Assembly: GCF_001457595.1 (NCBI RefSeq) | Contig: NZ_LN831039.1 | Coordinates: forward strand, 5,880,001-5,912,000 | Direction of reading: 5' to 3' | DNA from: Mycolicibacterium smegmatis | GTDB lineage: Bacteria > Actinomycetota > Actinomycetes > Mycobacteriales > Mycobacteriaceae | DNA length: 32,000 bases | Translations under genes and position numbers: made by a program | The notes under the pieces: model-generated | What the model saw: the letters and a program-made list of their open reading frames with translations, nothing else | What the model was told of the DNA's origin: nothing | The model's database searches: none | Shown: positions 8,831 through 18,778 of the stretch, piece after piece | How the letters are laid out: every line of letters begins with the position of its first letter | How positions within the stretch are numbered: the first letter of the stretch is position 1

Positions 8831-9013
8831 CGTTGACCTCTCCCCTTGTGCCGTCACCGTCTCCGTAGGTGTGTTCGGCCTTGTCTGTGATGACGCCGGA
8901 TCCGGCGAAAGCATTCGTGTGTTTCGTCGCTCGGACGCGAATTCAGTTGCCCCGTCGGGGGCGAAACCTGTAGCAGTAGAGGTCGGACCATTCGAGAGGA
9001 GTCCACTGATCTC

Positions 9014-10333
9014 GTGACGAGCCAACTCTCCGAGAAACCGACGACCGATCCCCCGCAGCGATGGTCGACCGCCACGAAGGTCGCATTCCGTTTCTGCTTC
9101 GTCTATTTCGGCCTGTTCTGCCTGGTGTTCGCCCAGATCCTGTTCGTGTTCACCGGTTTCCTCGGCCATTGGCTGCCCGACCGGGCGATCCTGTGGCAGA
9201 TGGTGATGCTGGACCCGTTGCTCGGCTGGGTGGGGCGCACGGTGTTCGGCGTCGACGCCACGCTGAACCTCGACTCGGGCAGCGGTGATCAGCTGGTCAT
9301 CTGGCTGCTGGTGTTCTGCCTGTTCACGCTGGCGGTCGTCGCCACCGTCATCTGGTCGGTACTCGACCGCGCCAGGGCCGACTACACGCGGCTGTGGGCA
9401 TGGTTCCTGACGTTTCTGCGCCTGTGCGTGGCCGGGCAGATGCTGTTCTACGGGATCGCCAAGCTCATCCCCACGCAGATGCCCGCGCCCGGCCTGGCGA
9501 CGCTGCTGCGGCCCTACGGCGAGTTCAGCCCCGCGTCGGTGCTGTGGCTGCAGGTGGGCAGCTCCTACCCCTACGAGATGGCGCTGGGGGCCGTCGAGGT
9601 GCTGGCCGGGATCCTGCTGTTCGTGCCGAGGACCGCGACGTTGGGCGCGCTCGTCGGCCTGGTCAGCATGGCGCAGGTGTTCCTGCTGAACATGACGTTC
9701 GACGTGCCCGTCAAGATCCTGTCGGGACACCTGCTGCTGATGAGTTTCGTGCTGCTCGCACCGCAGGTGCGGCGCCTGGTGGACCTGTTCGTGCTGCAGC
9801 GTCCCGTGGGCCCGCTGAGCCAGCCGGAACTGTTCGACGATCCCCGGTCACGCAGGATCTCGACGCGGGTTCAGGCCGTGCTCGGCGTGTGGGCGTTGAT
9901 CGGCTGTGTCGTGATCACCGGCAGCGGGTGGTTCGAGTACGGCGGCGGGCGCGACAAGCATGAGCTGTACGGCATCTGGGCGGTAAGCGAGTTCGTCGTC
10001 GACGGCAAGCCGCTGCCGCCGTTGACCACGGACCAAACGCGCTGGAAGCACGTTGTTTTCGACGAGCCGGGCGTACTGACCTATCAACGCATGGACGGTG
10101 CACTGGTGCCCGCTCCTGCCGAGTTCGACGATGGCACCATCGCGGTGTCCGATGACCAGGGGGGCACGGTCGCCGATTTCCGTGTGTCACGGCCCGATCC
10201 GCAGCACCTCGAACTCGATGGCCGCCTGGCGGGCCGCCCGGCGCACATCACCCTGGAGGAGGTCGACCCGAACGGGTTCACGCTGCGCAACCGCGGTTTC
10301 CACTGGGTGCAGGAGTACCCGTACTTCCGCTGA
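9014..10333 (+). CDS. DoxX/HTTM-like multi-pass membrane protein with C-terminal soluble domain
   Basis: 439 aa with several hydrophobic helices (FCFVYFGLFCLVFAQILFVFTGF..., LRLCVAGQMLFYGIAKLI...), followed by a soluble region of about 110 aa. Confidence 0.7.
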   Translation: MTSQLSEKPTTDPPQRWSTATKVAFRFCFVYFGLFCLVFAQILFVFTGFLGHWLPDRAILWQMVMLDPLLGWVGRTVFGVDATLNLDSGSGDQLVIWLLVFCLFTLAVVATVIWSVLDRARADYTRLWAWFLTFLRLCVAGQMLFYGIAKLIPTQMPAPGLATLLRPYGEFSPASVLWLQVGSSYPYEMALGAVEVLAGILLFVPRTATLGALVGLVSMAQVFLLNMTFDVPVKILSGHLLLMSFVLLAPQVRRLVDLFVLQRPVGPLSQPELFDDPRSRRISTRVQAVLGVWALIGCVVITGSGWFEYGGGRDKHELYGIWAVSEFVVDGKPLPPLTTDQTRWKHVVFDEPGVLTYQRMDGALVPAPAEFDDGTIAVSDDQGGTVADFRVSRPDPQHLELDGRLAGRPAHITLEEVDPNGFTLRNRGFHWVQEYPYFR

Positions 10334-10342
10334 ACCCAACGG

Positions 10343-10729
10343 CTACGGGTCGATACGCACCACGGGCAACCAGTGCGCCACCTCGGCCGCGCGCGAACCG
10401 GACATCTGCACCGAAGCGCCCGCATCGGCGATGTCGAGCAACCCGGTAGCGAGCAGGAGCCAGGTTCGCGCATCGGTCTCGACGACGTTGGGTGGTGTGC
10501 CGCGCGTGTGCTTGGGCCCCGATATGCACTGCACAGCAACGAACGGCGGAACCCGCACCTCGACGCTCGCACCGGGGGCGACGGCCGCCAGCGTCCTGGC
10601 GGTGAGCCGCACGGCTTCGGCGAGTTGCGCGCGGGCGGGCGACTCGCGCTGCGGGTCACGCAGCCAATCGGCAACGGCGGACACCGCTTCGAGCGTCTTC
10701 GCCGGATCGGCACTACGGCGGCTGGCCAT
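10343..10729 (-). CDS. Sterol carrier (SCP)-like family protein
   Basis: 128-aa ORF VRLTARTLAAVAPGASVEVRVPPFVAVQCISGPKHTRGTPPNVVETDARTWLLLATG..., resembling the mycobacterial Rv0807-like sterol carrier family. Confidence 0.72.
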   Translation of the reverse strand: MASRRSADPAKTLEAVSAVADWLRDPQRESPARAQLAEAVRLTARTLAAVAPGASVEVRVPPFVAVQCISGPKHTRGTPPNVVETDARTWLLLATGLLDIADAGASVQMSGSRAAEVAHWLPVVRIDP

Positions 10730-10745
10730 ACCCTAGTGTCTCAAA

Positions 10746-11960
10746 GTGTCTGTCGAGCGCCGCAAACCGCCGTACAGAACAGCCGGGCTCGCCGCGCTGG
10801 CGATCATGGCGCTGCTGCTCGTGCTCGTCGGCCAGTCGTTCCGCGGCGCGTTCGACCCCAAGGTCCGGCTGACGCTGTTGACCGCGCGCGCCGGACTGGT
10901 TCTCGACCCCGGCGCGAAGGTGACCTACAACGGTGTGCCGGTCGGCCGCGTGGCCGAGGTCGGCACCGCGGCCCGCACCGGAACCGGTGTCCGCGCGCGG
11001 GTGATGCTCGACGTCGACCCCCGCTATGTGCCGTTGTTGCCGGCCAATGTGGAGGCGTCGGTCACCGCCACGACCGTGTTCGGCAACAAGTATGTCGCGC
11101 TGCGCTCACCGGAACACCCCAGTGCACAACGGGTGTCGACGGCGACGCCCATCGACGCGACCGGCGTCACCACCGAGTTCAACACACTGTTCGAGACCAT
11201 CATGCGGATCACCGAGCAGGTCGACCCCATCGCGCTGAACCAGACGCTCAGCGCGGCCGCGCAGGCACTCACGGGCCTCGGTGACCGGTTCGGCGCGTCG
11301 CTGCTCGACGGTAACGCCATCCTCGCCGATCTCAACGCGGGCATTGCTCCCCTGCGTCGCGACGTCGCCGGTTTGGCCGATCTCGCCGCGATCTACGCCG
11401 ACAGCGCCCCGGATCTGTTCACCGGACTCGACGACGCCGCACGCGGTGCCGCCACGCTCAACTCGCAGCGCGGCGACGTCGACGCGGCGCTCATCGCCGC
11501 CGTCGGCTTCGCGGGCGCCACATCGGACATCCTCGAACGAGGTGGCCCCTACCTGCTGCGCGGGGCCGCGGATCTGGTGCCGACGTCGCGACTGCTCGAC
11601 GACTACCGCGCCATGATCTTCTGCACCATCCGCAATTATCACGACGTCGCACCGGAACTGGATCGTGCGCTGGGTGGCGACAACGGATATTCGCTGTCGG
11701 CCGCGGGCACGCCGTCGAGCATCGGTGCGGGCAACGTGTATGTGTATCCGGACAACCTGCCGCGCGTGAACGCCAAGGGCGGGCCCGAGGGACGCCCGGG
11801 ATGCTGGCAGAAGATCACCCGCGAGTTGTGGCCAGCGCCGTACCTCGTGATGGACACCGGGCTCTCGGTCGCGCCGTACAACCATGTGGAGTTGGGCTCA
11901 CCGATCTTCGTCGACTACGTGTGGGGCCGTCAGATCGGCGAACCGACCATCAATCCCTGA
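10746..11960 (+). CDS. Stand-alone MCE (MlaD-domain) family protein
   Basis: N-terminal TM helix, then VRLTLLTARAGLVLDPGAKVTYNGVPVGRVAEVG (MCE/MlaD domain) and the MCE-like LNQTLSAAAQALTGLGDRFGASL region. No yrbE permease gene adjacent. Confidence 0.88.
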   Translation: MSVERRKPPYRTAGLAALAIMALLLVLVGQSFRGAFDPKVRLTLLTARAGLVLDPGAKVTYNGVPVGRVAEVGTAARTGTGVRARVMLDVDPRYVPLLPANVEASVTATTVFGNKYVALRSPEHPSAQRVSTATPIDATGVTTEFNTLFETIMRITEQVDPIALNQTLSAAAQALTGLGDRFGASLLDGNAILADLNAGIAPLRRDVAGLADLAAIYADSAPDLFTGLDDAARGAATLNSQRGDVDAALIAAVGFAGATSDILERGGPYLLRGAADLVPTSRLLDDYRAMIFCTIRNYHDVAPELDRALGGDNGYSLSAAGTPSSIGAGNVYVYPDNLPRVNAKGGPEGRPGCWQKITRELWPAPYLVMDTGLSVAPYNHVELGSPIFVDYVWGRQIGEPTINP

Positions 11961-11962
11961 TC

Positions 11963-11993
11963 TTGACCTCAACTTTCGTTGAGGTCCTACCGT
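11963..11993 (+). promoter_or_regulatory. MerR-family-type promoter/operator: TTGACC-N19-TACCGT with 9-bp perfect dyad
   Basis: TTGACC 11963-11968 and TACCGT 11988-11993 with 19-bp spacer. Perfect inverted repeat GACCTCAAC-TTTC-GTTGAGGTC at 11965-11986. Confidence 0.72.
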
Positions 11994-11999
11994 GGCGGC

Positions 12000-12422
12000 A
12001 TGACGTTCAAACCCCACGAGATCGCCTACCTGCAAGCCGCCGACCTGGGTCGACTGGCAACCCTCCAGCCCGACGGCACACCCCAGAACAGCCCGGTGGG
12101 ATTCACCTTCAACGAACAGCTCGGCACGATCGACATCGCCGGATATCGCATGTCGCAGAGCCAGAAGTACCGCAACATCGCGCGCAACAACCGGGTCGCG
12201 TTCGTGGTCGACGACATCTTCTCGCGCGATCCCTGGCGCGTGCGCTGTCTCGAGATCCGCGGCACCGCAGAACAAGTGATGACCTCGGGGGCGATGGGCG
12301 CCGCCGGCGACGAACTGGACGCCGCGATCATCCGGATCACGCCGCGCCGCATCATCAGCTTCGGCATCGACGACCAGGAAACTCCGCCGCACCAACTCAA
12401 AGCGGATATACGAACGGTCTGA
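12000..12422 (+). CDS. PPOX-class (pyridoxamine 5'-phosphate oxidase-fold) probably F420-dependent oxidoreductase
   Basis: MTFKPHEIAYLQAADLGRLATLQPDGTPQNSPVGFTFNEQLGTIDIAGYRMSQSQKYRNIARNNRVAFVVDD, the classic PPOX/F420-binding split-barrel family pattern. ATG at 12000. Confidence 0.85.
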   Translation: MTFKPHEIAYLQAADLGRLATLQPDGTPQNSPVGFTFNEQLGTIDIAGYRMSQSQKYRNIARNNRVAFVVDDIFSRDPWRVRCLEIRGTAEQVMTSGAMGAAGDELDAAIIRITPRRIISFGIDDQETPPHQLKADIRTV

Positions 12423-12442
12423 TCGGCCCTACTATCGGGGCG

Positions 12443-12874
12443 ATGGGGGGAATTCTGCGGCCCCGTGCGGTCGCCACCGGCGTCGCGGTGATGGTGGTGC
12501 TGTCCGGATGCCAACCGTTCGGCGCCGATCACGACGCCGAACGCTTCGTCAGACCGGGCGCACCCAAGGTGTCCCCGTCGAACATCTACACCGCCACGGT
12601 GGAACGAGGACCGCAACCCGACGGTGCCGAGACCTGGGTGGCGGTGATCATCGACGAATCGGGCGCCGAGGTGTTCCACGACGACCACGCGTTCGGCGCC
12701 GGACGCGAGACGCGCATCACGTGGTTGTCCAACGAAGACCAATTATGGCTGCTGTCACGCGAAGTGGGCTCGGCCCACGTCGACCGTAACCCCGACGGCC
12801 GATGGGTGAAGACCACGGTCTCCCCGGATGCCGACAGCGTGCCCGACGAGATCCGGGAGCTGCTCGATGCCTAG
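12443..12874 (+). CDS. Small putative lipoprotein
   Basis: MGGILRPRAVATGVAVMVVLSGCQPF, a signal peptide with lipobox LSGC. 143 aa. Confidence 0.72.
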   Translation: MGGILRPRAVATGVAVMVVLSGCQPFGADHDAERFVRPGAPKVSPSNIYTATVERGPQPDGAETWVAVIIDESGAEVFHDDHAFGAGRETRITWLSNEDQLWLLSREVGSAHVDRNPDGRWVKTTVSPDADSVPDEIRELLDA

Positions 12875-14159
12875 ACGACCCACCGCCGGTGCGGTGCCCA
12901 TGACCAAGTCCGCGAGGGCAGCGGCCAGGTCGGCCGCCGCGGACCATGCGCCGCCGGTGCCGATGTGGTGCGCGGTCGGCCTGTCCCTCGCGATGATCGG
13001 ATCCGCGGCCTTCAACGGCGTCGGCGTCCTGTGCGCGACGGTTCTCGTGGCGGTGGTGATCGTCGCGCTGACGCGCCTGCACGCCAGCGCCGCAGGTGCG
13101 GCCACCACATCGGAACTGCTGGGGTCGGTGCTCGGGCCGGTGTCCGCGCGGTTCACCGGGCTGGTGCAGCTTGCGGCGTACGCCGCCCTTGGTGTGGGCG
13201 CGGCGGTGTCGCTGGGGCTGCAGCCGTTGGGCATGGCGGGCGTGGACCCGGAAACCGTCTTGACCAGCTGGCTTTGGCCGATGTGGGCCGGCATCGGGGT
13301 CATCGTCGCAGGCACGCTCGTGGCGGTGCTGCCGACCAGGACGGTCATGGCGGCCGTCGCGGTGCTGGCCGGCCTGGGGTTGCTGGCGTACTTCTATCTG
13401 GCGCTCGCTGTCATCGCCAAGATGGCCTCGGGCAGCCCGCAGGTCATGGGCGGCACCGAGAGCATCTCGACCGTCGACATGCTGGCCGCTGCCCTGCCAC
13501 TCGGTCTCAGCCTGTTCGGCTTCGAGGCCCCCACCGCCGCCTCGGATCGGCTGCGCTCGGTCGCACGACCGCTTGGTGTTGCGGTCGGCATCACCGCGGT
13601 GTGTGCGGTGGTACTGCTGGTCGCGGTGAACCTGTCGACGATCGCCGGTTTCAGCCACCGCGCCACCGACCTTCCCCTGATCGTGCCTGAACTGTTCGGC
13701 GACATGGGCAGACAGAGCCTGAACCTGGCGTCGGCGCTGCTCGGGGTCGCCGTGGTGCTGGCCACCATGTGGGCTGCCACGCGCGTCGCCGCGCGGTTGT
13801 TCGGCGGCGGCGTGGTGACCGCGGTTTCGGTGCCCGCGGTGATGTGTGTTCTCACGGTGGTGGCGTGCCGGTTCCCCGAGGACATCGGCGAACTGCTGTT
13901 CGTCGTGCCGGCACTGCTGCTGTTCGTGGTGTACGTGGCTGTCGGGGAGGCGAATGCCCGGGTCGCGGGTTCCCCGGTCGCCATGCAGCTTCCGCGTGCA
14001 GTACTGGTCGTGGTGTTGCTCGCCGTCCTGTTGATCTCGGTGCGCGAAGGCTATTTCATCCTGGGGTCGATCTGGCCGCTGCTCGTGGCGGCCGTGATCA
14101 CTGCGGCCGCGGCGATTTTCGCGCGTACCACACCGCGGCCAGCGCACCCGCCTCGTTGA
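12867..14159 (+). CDS. APC-type amino-acid permease-like membrane transporter
   Basis: ATG at 12867 overlaps the preceding stop by 8 nt. Many TM helices with an APC-like pattern (WCAVGLSLAMIGSAAFNGVGVL..., GLFGFEAPTAAS-like region). Confidence 0.72.
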   Translation: MPRRPTAGAVPMTKSARAAARSAAADHAPPVPMWCAVGLSLAMIGSAAFNGVGVLCATVLVAVVIVALTRLHASAAGAATTSELLGSVLGPVSARFTGLVQLAAYAALGVGAAVSLGLQPLGMAGVDPETVLTSWLWPMWAGIGVIVAGTLVAVLPTRTVMAAVAVLAGLGLLAYFYLALAVIAKMASGSPQVMGGTESISTVDMLAAALPLGLSLFGFEAPTAASDRLRSVARPLGVAVGITAVCAVVLLVAVNLSTIAGFSHRATDLPLIVPELFGDMGRQSLNLASALLGVAVVLATMWAATRVAARLFGGGVVTAVSVPAVMCVLTVVACRFPEDIGELLFVVPALLLFVVYVAVGEANARVAGSPVAMQLPRAVLVVVLLAVLLISVREGYFILGSIWPLLVAAVITAAAAIFARTTPRPAHPPR

Positions 14160-14754
14160 GCGCAAGATGCACCAGCAGCGGCGCGGCAAGGCTTTTCGTA
14201 CGATGCATCAACCAGTCCAGGAACCAGCCCGCCGCGCCGGTCGCCAGCACGGTGCCGACCACCGGTTCACCGGCCGCGCGTGCATCGGGTATGTGTGACA
14301 GTCCGAATGCCGTTGCCTGCAGAAGCCTTCCGCCTGTGTGCCCGAACGCGCCGGTACCCACTGCGCCGAGAGCGCCGCGGAACGCGGCCTCCTCGGACCA
14401 CACGGTTCCCAGCGGGATCCCCAGCATCAGCCAGAACGCCACGGCAGGCGGCAGTTCCCGCTCGCGCATCGCGGTGCGGACCGCAGGCAGCGCCGTGGTC
14501 GCGACCACCGAGGATGCCACCACGGCCGCGGCGACCGATCCGGTGCGCATCCCCGACCACAGCGCGGGCGGTCTCAACCCGGACCGCCTCGACCCCGGCG
14601 CGGCGCGGCTGAGGGCGAGCAGCGCCGTGCCCACCAGCGCACGCACCACCGGCCTGCACCGTTCGGGAAGCCGCGGGTCGACCACGACGTTCCACGCCGT
14701 CAGCGCCGCCGCCAGCGCCAGTGCACGGAACTTGGCGGCGGTCATCGGGGCCAT
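14098..14754 (-). CDS. CPBP (CAAX/Abi) family intramembrane glutamic metalloprotease
   Basis: EEAAFRGALGAV (EExxxR), FGLSHIPDARA and HLALNEAG motifs. The 3' end overlaps the convergent transporter gene by 62 bp. Confidence 0.85.
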   Translation of the reverse strand: MAPMTAAKFRALALAAALTAWNVVVDPRLPERCRPVVRALVGTALLALSRAAPGSRRSGLRPPALWSGMRTGSVAAAVVASSVVATTALPAVRTAMRERELPPAVAFWLMLGIPLGTVWSEEAAFRGALGAVGTGAFGHTGGRLLQATAFGLSHIPDARAAGEPVVGTVLATGAAGWFLDWLMHRTKSLAAPLLVHLALNEAGALAAVWYARKSPRPQ

Positions 14755-16484
14755 CAGTATTCGGGTCCGTCGTTGGCGGCAGTCTTCTGCAGCGCCATAC
14801 GGATGCGTTCGGTGTCCTCAGGTGTCCAACCGTCCGGCGGCGCCACGGCGGCCCAGCCGTCGAGCACCGATTCGCCGTAGTTGTGGCCGTGGCCCGCGGG
14901 CACGCTCGACGCGTTGGTCATGTCGGCGGCCACCTGCCAGAACGTGATGATGGGATACCACCGCATGGACGCGGTGCGGTCGCCACCGGGCGGTTCCACG
15001 AGCCAGTCGGGCCGGGAGAACAGCAGATCTGTCGACCACCACACGATCGGGTCGGAGGGGTGCTGCAGGAACAGTACGCGGGTGCCCTCCCACGGTTCGG
15101 CGGTGTCCCTTGCGATCTGGGCGGGGTCGGCGGCCTCGGAGAACCGGACGGTGCGGCCGTTGTCGTAGCGCGGACGCACCTCGGGTGTGCCCGGGTCGCG
15201 GCGCACTGTCAGCCCGTGCCACAGCGGGCTCGCGTTGGGCGGCCCGACCCACAGCACCGAGGAGAACCCCTTGCGCGCGATGTCGGGCAGCCAGGAGAAC
15301 GCACCCTGGCCCGCCATCGAGCCCAGGCTCTCTCCGTAGAGCACGAGTTCGGGCCTGCGGTCGGGAGGTAGTGCCTCCCAACGGGACTGGATCGCGTCGA
15401 TCATCAGGCGCCCGGTGTGCATGGATATCTCGCGGTCGCCCAGAAACGAGATCCAGCTCGGCAGATACGAATACTGCATGCCCACCGTCGCGGTGTCACC
15501 GTTGTACATCAGCTCGATCGCACGCGCGGCCACGGGGTTGACCCATCCGGTTCCCGTGGTCGGCACGATCACCAGCACTTCCCGGTCGAACGCATGGGTG
15601 CGCTCAAGTTCACTGAGCAGCAACGAGATCCGCTGTTCCTCGGTATCGGCGCTCTGCAGCCCCACGTAGACGCGGATCGGTTCGCGGGCCGGCCGCCCGT
15701 TGACCTCTTCGAGTTCACCCGCACGGGGTCCGGTCGCGACGAAGTTGCGACCCTGGTATCCGAGTGTGTCCCACGGCGCGAAAGATTCCGGGCTACCGGA
15801 TCTTTCGGGCTCGGTCGGCTGACTCACACCTTCTCGGGTGGTCGAGTTCTGCGGCCGGAACACATTGCTGGCGCCCAGCAGGAATCCCCGGTACAGCACG
15901 CCGTTGACCAGGGTCACCACCAGCACCACCACGACCACGGTGCCGATGAACTGCGCGACCTCGCGGTGCAGATGCAGTCGGCGGATCAGCACCTTCGCGA
16001 CCTGGCGCACAGCATCACGCAGCACCCGCGCCGTCGCGATCAGCGCGCCCGCGACGGCGGCCGCGAGAACCGCGGTGCGCAGGTATCCCGGTGTCGCAGG
16101 GCCTTCCATGCCCATGAGCGCCGAGACCTGACGCTGCCAGGCCGCGGCGGGGATCAGCATCAGCACACACGACGCGATGGAACCACCGACGATCAACGTC
16201 TTGGCCCACAGCAGCACCCAGTTGGGCGGGGGCCACCACGTGCGGTTGCGAAGCGCGAAGCGGTACATCGCCTTCCCGAGCACCACGCCAAGGCCGTAGC
16301 CGATCGCGGCGTTGACACCGCCGATCAGACCGGCGAACAACCAGTCACGCGGCAGCAGCGACGGCGTCAGCGAAAGGCAGAAAAACAGCGCGCCGACGGC
16401 GACGCCCGCGAAGTCCAGCCGCAGCAGGCTCCAGGCCCAGCGCAGCAGAGGATGACGAAGGGTGTGTGAGTTCTCCTCGATCAC
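14754..16484 (-). CDS. Membrane-anchored alpha/beta-hydrolase (Abhydrolase_9/DUF2319-like)
   Basis: GTG start overlaps the purL stop (GTGA, 16481-16484). N-terminal TM bundle, then hydrolase domain with [18 protein letters not shown] (GxSxG) and a C-terminal PAGHGHNY. The stop overlaps the next ATG (TGATG). Confidence 0.85.
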   Translation of the reverse strand: MIEENSHTLRHPLLRWAWSLLRLDFAGVAVGALFFCLSLTPSLLPRDWLFAGLIGGVNAAIGYGLGVVLGKAMYRFALRNRTWWPPPNWVLLWAKTLIVGGSIASCVLMLIPAAAWQRQVSALMGMEGPATPGYLRTAVLAAAVAGALIATARVLRDAVRQVAKVLIRRLHLHREVAQFIGTVVVVVLVVTLVNGVLYRGFLLGASNVFRPQNSTTREGVSQPTEPERSGSPESFAPWDTLGYQGRNFVATGPRAGELEEVNGRPAREPIRVYVGLQSADTEEQRISLLLSELERTHAFDREVLVIVPTTGTGWVNPVAARAIELMYNGDTATVGMQYSYLPSWISFLGDREISMHTGRLMIDAIQSRWEALPPDRRPELVLYGESLGSMAGQGAFSWLPDIARKGFSSVLWVGPPNASPLWHGLTVRRDPGTPEVRPRYDNGRTVRFSEAADPAQIARDTAEPWEGTRVLFLQHPSDPIVWWSTDLLFSRPDWLVEPPGGDRTASMRWYPIITFWQVAADMTNASSVPAGHGHNYGESVLDGWAAVAPPDGWTPEDTERIRMALQKTAANDGPEY

Positions 16485-18778
16485 CCGAACAGCCTGGGCA
16501 GCACGCCCTCCGACGTGCTCCGCAGCTCGGACAGCGCAACGCTGAACTGGTCCTGGACCTCGACCGAATCGCTTCCCTGATCGACGACGCCGACGCGGGT
16601 GACGGGAAGTCCCCTGGCCTCGCACATCGACCGGAAACGGCTCTCCTCGGTGCGCGGCACCGCCACCAGCACGCGACCCGACGACTCGGAGAACAGGAAG
16701 ACGAAGGGGTCGGCCCCTTCGGGAATGATGATCCGGCACCCGGTTTCACCCGCGAGCGCGGATTCCACGACAGCCTGGATCAGCCCGCCCTCGGACAGGT
16801 CGTGCGCCGCGGAGATCAGGCCGTCGCGCGAGGCCGCGGTGAGCACCTCGGCCAGCAGCTTCTCGCGGTCCAGGTCCACCTTGGGCGGTACGCCACCGAG
16901 GTGGTCGGCGGTGACCTGCGCCCAGATGGACCCGTCGAACTCGTCGTGGGTGTCGCCGAGCAGCAGCAGCGTCTCGCCGGGTTCGGTGCCCAGCCCCGTG
17001 GGGATCCGGCGCTTCACGTCGTCGATCACACCGAGCACGCCGACCACGGGGGTCGGCAGGATCGGGGTGCTGCCGGTCTGGTTGTAGAAGCTGACGTTGC
17101 CGCCGGTGACCGGGATGCCAAGCGCGGCACAGCCGTCGGCCAGCCCGCGCACGGCCTGGCTGAACTGCCACATCACACCGGGATCCTCGGGCGAGCCGAA
17201 GTTGAGGCAGTTGGTCACCGCGACCGGGGTGGCGCCGGTGACCGCGACGTTGCGGTAGGCCTCGGCCAGCGCAAGCTGGGCGCCGGTGTACGGGTCGAGC
17301 TGCGTGTAGCGACCCGACGCGTCGGTGGACACCGCGATACCGCGGCCCGTGTTCTCGTCGATGCGCAGCACACCGCCGTCGGCGTGTTCGGCCAGCACGG
17401 TGTTGCCGCGCACGTAGCGGTCGTACTGCTCGGTGATGAACGCGCGGCTGCACAGGTGCGGGCTGCCCAGCAGCGTGAGCAGCGTCTCCTTGAGTTCGTC
17501 GCCGGTGGAGGGGCGCGGCAGCTTCGCCGAGGTGTCGGCGATCAGCGCGTCCTGGCTCTCGGGCCGCTCGACCGGCCGCTCGTACACCGGGCCCTCGTGC
17601 GCCACGGTGCGCGGCGGCACGTCGACGACGGTCTCGCCGTGCCACGTGATCTGCAAGTGGTCGCCGTCGGTGACCTCGCCGATGACGGTGGCCAGCACCT
17701 CCCACTTGCGGCACACCGCGAGGAACGCGTCGACGTTCTCCGGCGTCACCACCGCGCACATACGTTCCTGGGACTCGCTCGACAGCACCTCGGCCGGGGT
17801 CATGTTGGCCGCGCGCAGCGGCACCTTGTCCAGCTCGATGTGCATGCCGCCGTCACCGGCGGATGCGAGTTCCGAGGTGGCACAGGACAATCCGGCGCCG
17901 CCGAGGTCCTGGATGCCCACCACCAGGCCGGCCGAGTACAGCTCGAGGCAGCACTCGATGAGCACCTTCTCCATGAAGGGGTCGCCGACCTGCACCGAGG
18001 GCAGCTTCTTGCGGCCGGGGCCGGAACCCTCGTCGCCGCCGAAGGTCTCCGACGCCAGCACCGACACACCGCCGATGCCGTCGAGACCCGTGCGCGCACC
18101 GAACAGGATGATCTTGTTACCGGTTCCGGACGCGAACGCCAGATGCAGGTCCTCCTTGCGCAGCGCGCCCACGCACAGCGCGTTGACCAGGGGGTTGCCC
18201 GCGTACGACGCGTCGAACACGGTCTCGCCACCGATGTTCGGCAGGCCCAGGGAGTTGCCGTAGCCGCCGACACCGCGCACCACGCCGTCGAGCACACGCC
18301 GGGTGTCGGGGGCGTCGGCCGGACCGAACCGCAGCTGGTCCATCACCGCGACCGGTCGGGCGCCCATCGCCATGATGTCGCGGACGATGCCGCCGACGCC
18401 GGTGGCCGCACCCTGGTAGGGCTCGACGTAGGACGGGTGGTTGTGCGATTCGACCTTGAAGGTGACGGCCCAGCCGTCGCCGATGTCGACGACGCCTGCG
18501 TTCTCGCCGATACCGGCGAGCATGCCCGCGCGCATCTTCTCGGTGGTGGTCTCCCCGAAGTAGCGCAGGTGCACCTTGGAGGACTTGTAGGAGCAGTGCT
18601 CACTCCACATCACCGAGTACATCGCGAGTTCCGCATCGGTGGGGCGCCTGCCCAGGATGTCGCGAATCCGCTGGTACTCGTCGTCCTTGAGACCGAGTTC
18701 GCGGTAGGGCTGGGGCTGATCGGGGGTGGCGGCTGCCCGCTCAACGGTATCTGTCTGGTGAGTGAGCTCCGACGTCAC
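16481..18778 (-). CDS. purL: Phosphoribosylformylglycinamidine synthase large subunit (PurL2 type)
   Basis: 765 aa. [53 protein letters not shown] and LSCATSELA motifs. Confidence 0.98.
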   Translation of the reverse strand: MTSELTHQTDTVERAAATPDQPQPYRELGLKDDEYQRIRDILGRRPTDAELAMYSVMWSEHCSYKSSKVHLRYFGETTTEKMRAGMLAGIGENAGVVDIGDGWAVTFKVESHNHPSYVEPYQGAATGVGGIVRDIMAMGARPVAVMDQLRFGPADAPDTRRVLDGVVRGVGGYGNSLGLPNIGGETVFDASYAGNPLVNALCVGALRKEDLHLAFASGTGNKIILFGARTGLDGIGGVSVLASETFGGDEGSGPGRKKLPSVQVGDPFMEKVLIECCLELYSAGLVVGIQDLGGAGLSCATSELASAGDGGMHIELDKVPLRAANMTPAEVLSSESQERMCAVVTPENVDAFLAVCRKWEVLATVIGEVTDGDHLQITWHGETVVDVPPRTVAHEGPVYERPVERPESQDALIADTSAKLPRPSTGDELKETLLTLLGSPHLCSRAFITEQYDRYVRGNTVLAEHADGGVLRIDENTGRGIAVSTDASGRYTQLDPYTGAQLALAEAYRNVAVTGATPVAVTNCLNFGSPEDPGVMWQFSQAVRGLADGCAALGIPVTGGNVSFYNQTGSTPILPTPVVGVLGVIDDVKRRIPTGLGTEPGETLLLLGDTHDEFDGSIWAQVTADHLGGVPPKVDLDREKLLAEVLTAASRDGLISAAHDLSEGGLIQAVVESALAGETGCRIIIPEGADPFVFLFSESSGRVLVAVPRTEESRFRSMCEARGLPVTRVGVVDQGSDSVEVQDQFSVALSELRSTSEGVLPRLFG

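Noticed and set aside
8831-9730. N-terminal 300-aa extension of the 7481-9730 minus ORF
   Set aside because: The extension is antisense to the DoxX-like gene and low-complexity. The Rossmann-type N-terminus MSRIGARAVVLGASISG with an SD at 8830 marks the true start.
14414-14754. Possible toxin-antitoxin or abortive infection gene because the CPBP family is sometimes labelled Abi
   Set aside because: The CPBP protease is translationally coupled to a conserved envelope hydrolase and purL, with no antitoxin or phage-defence neighbours.
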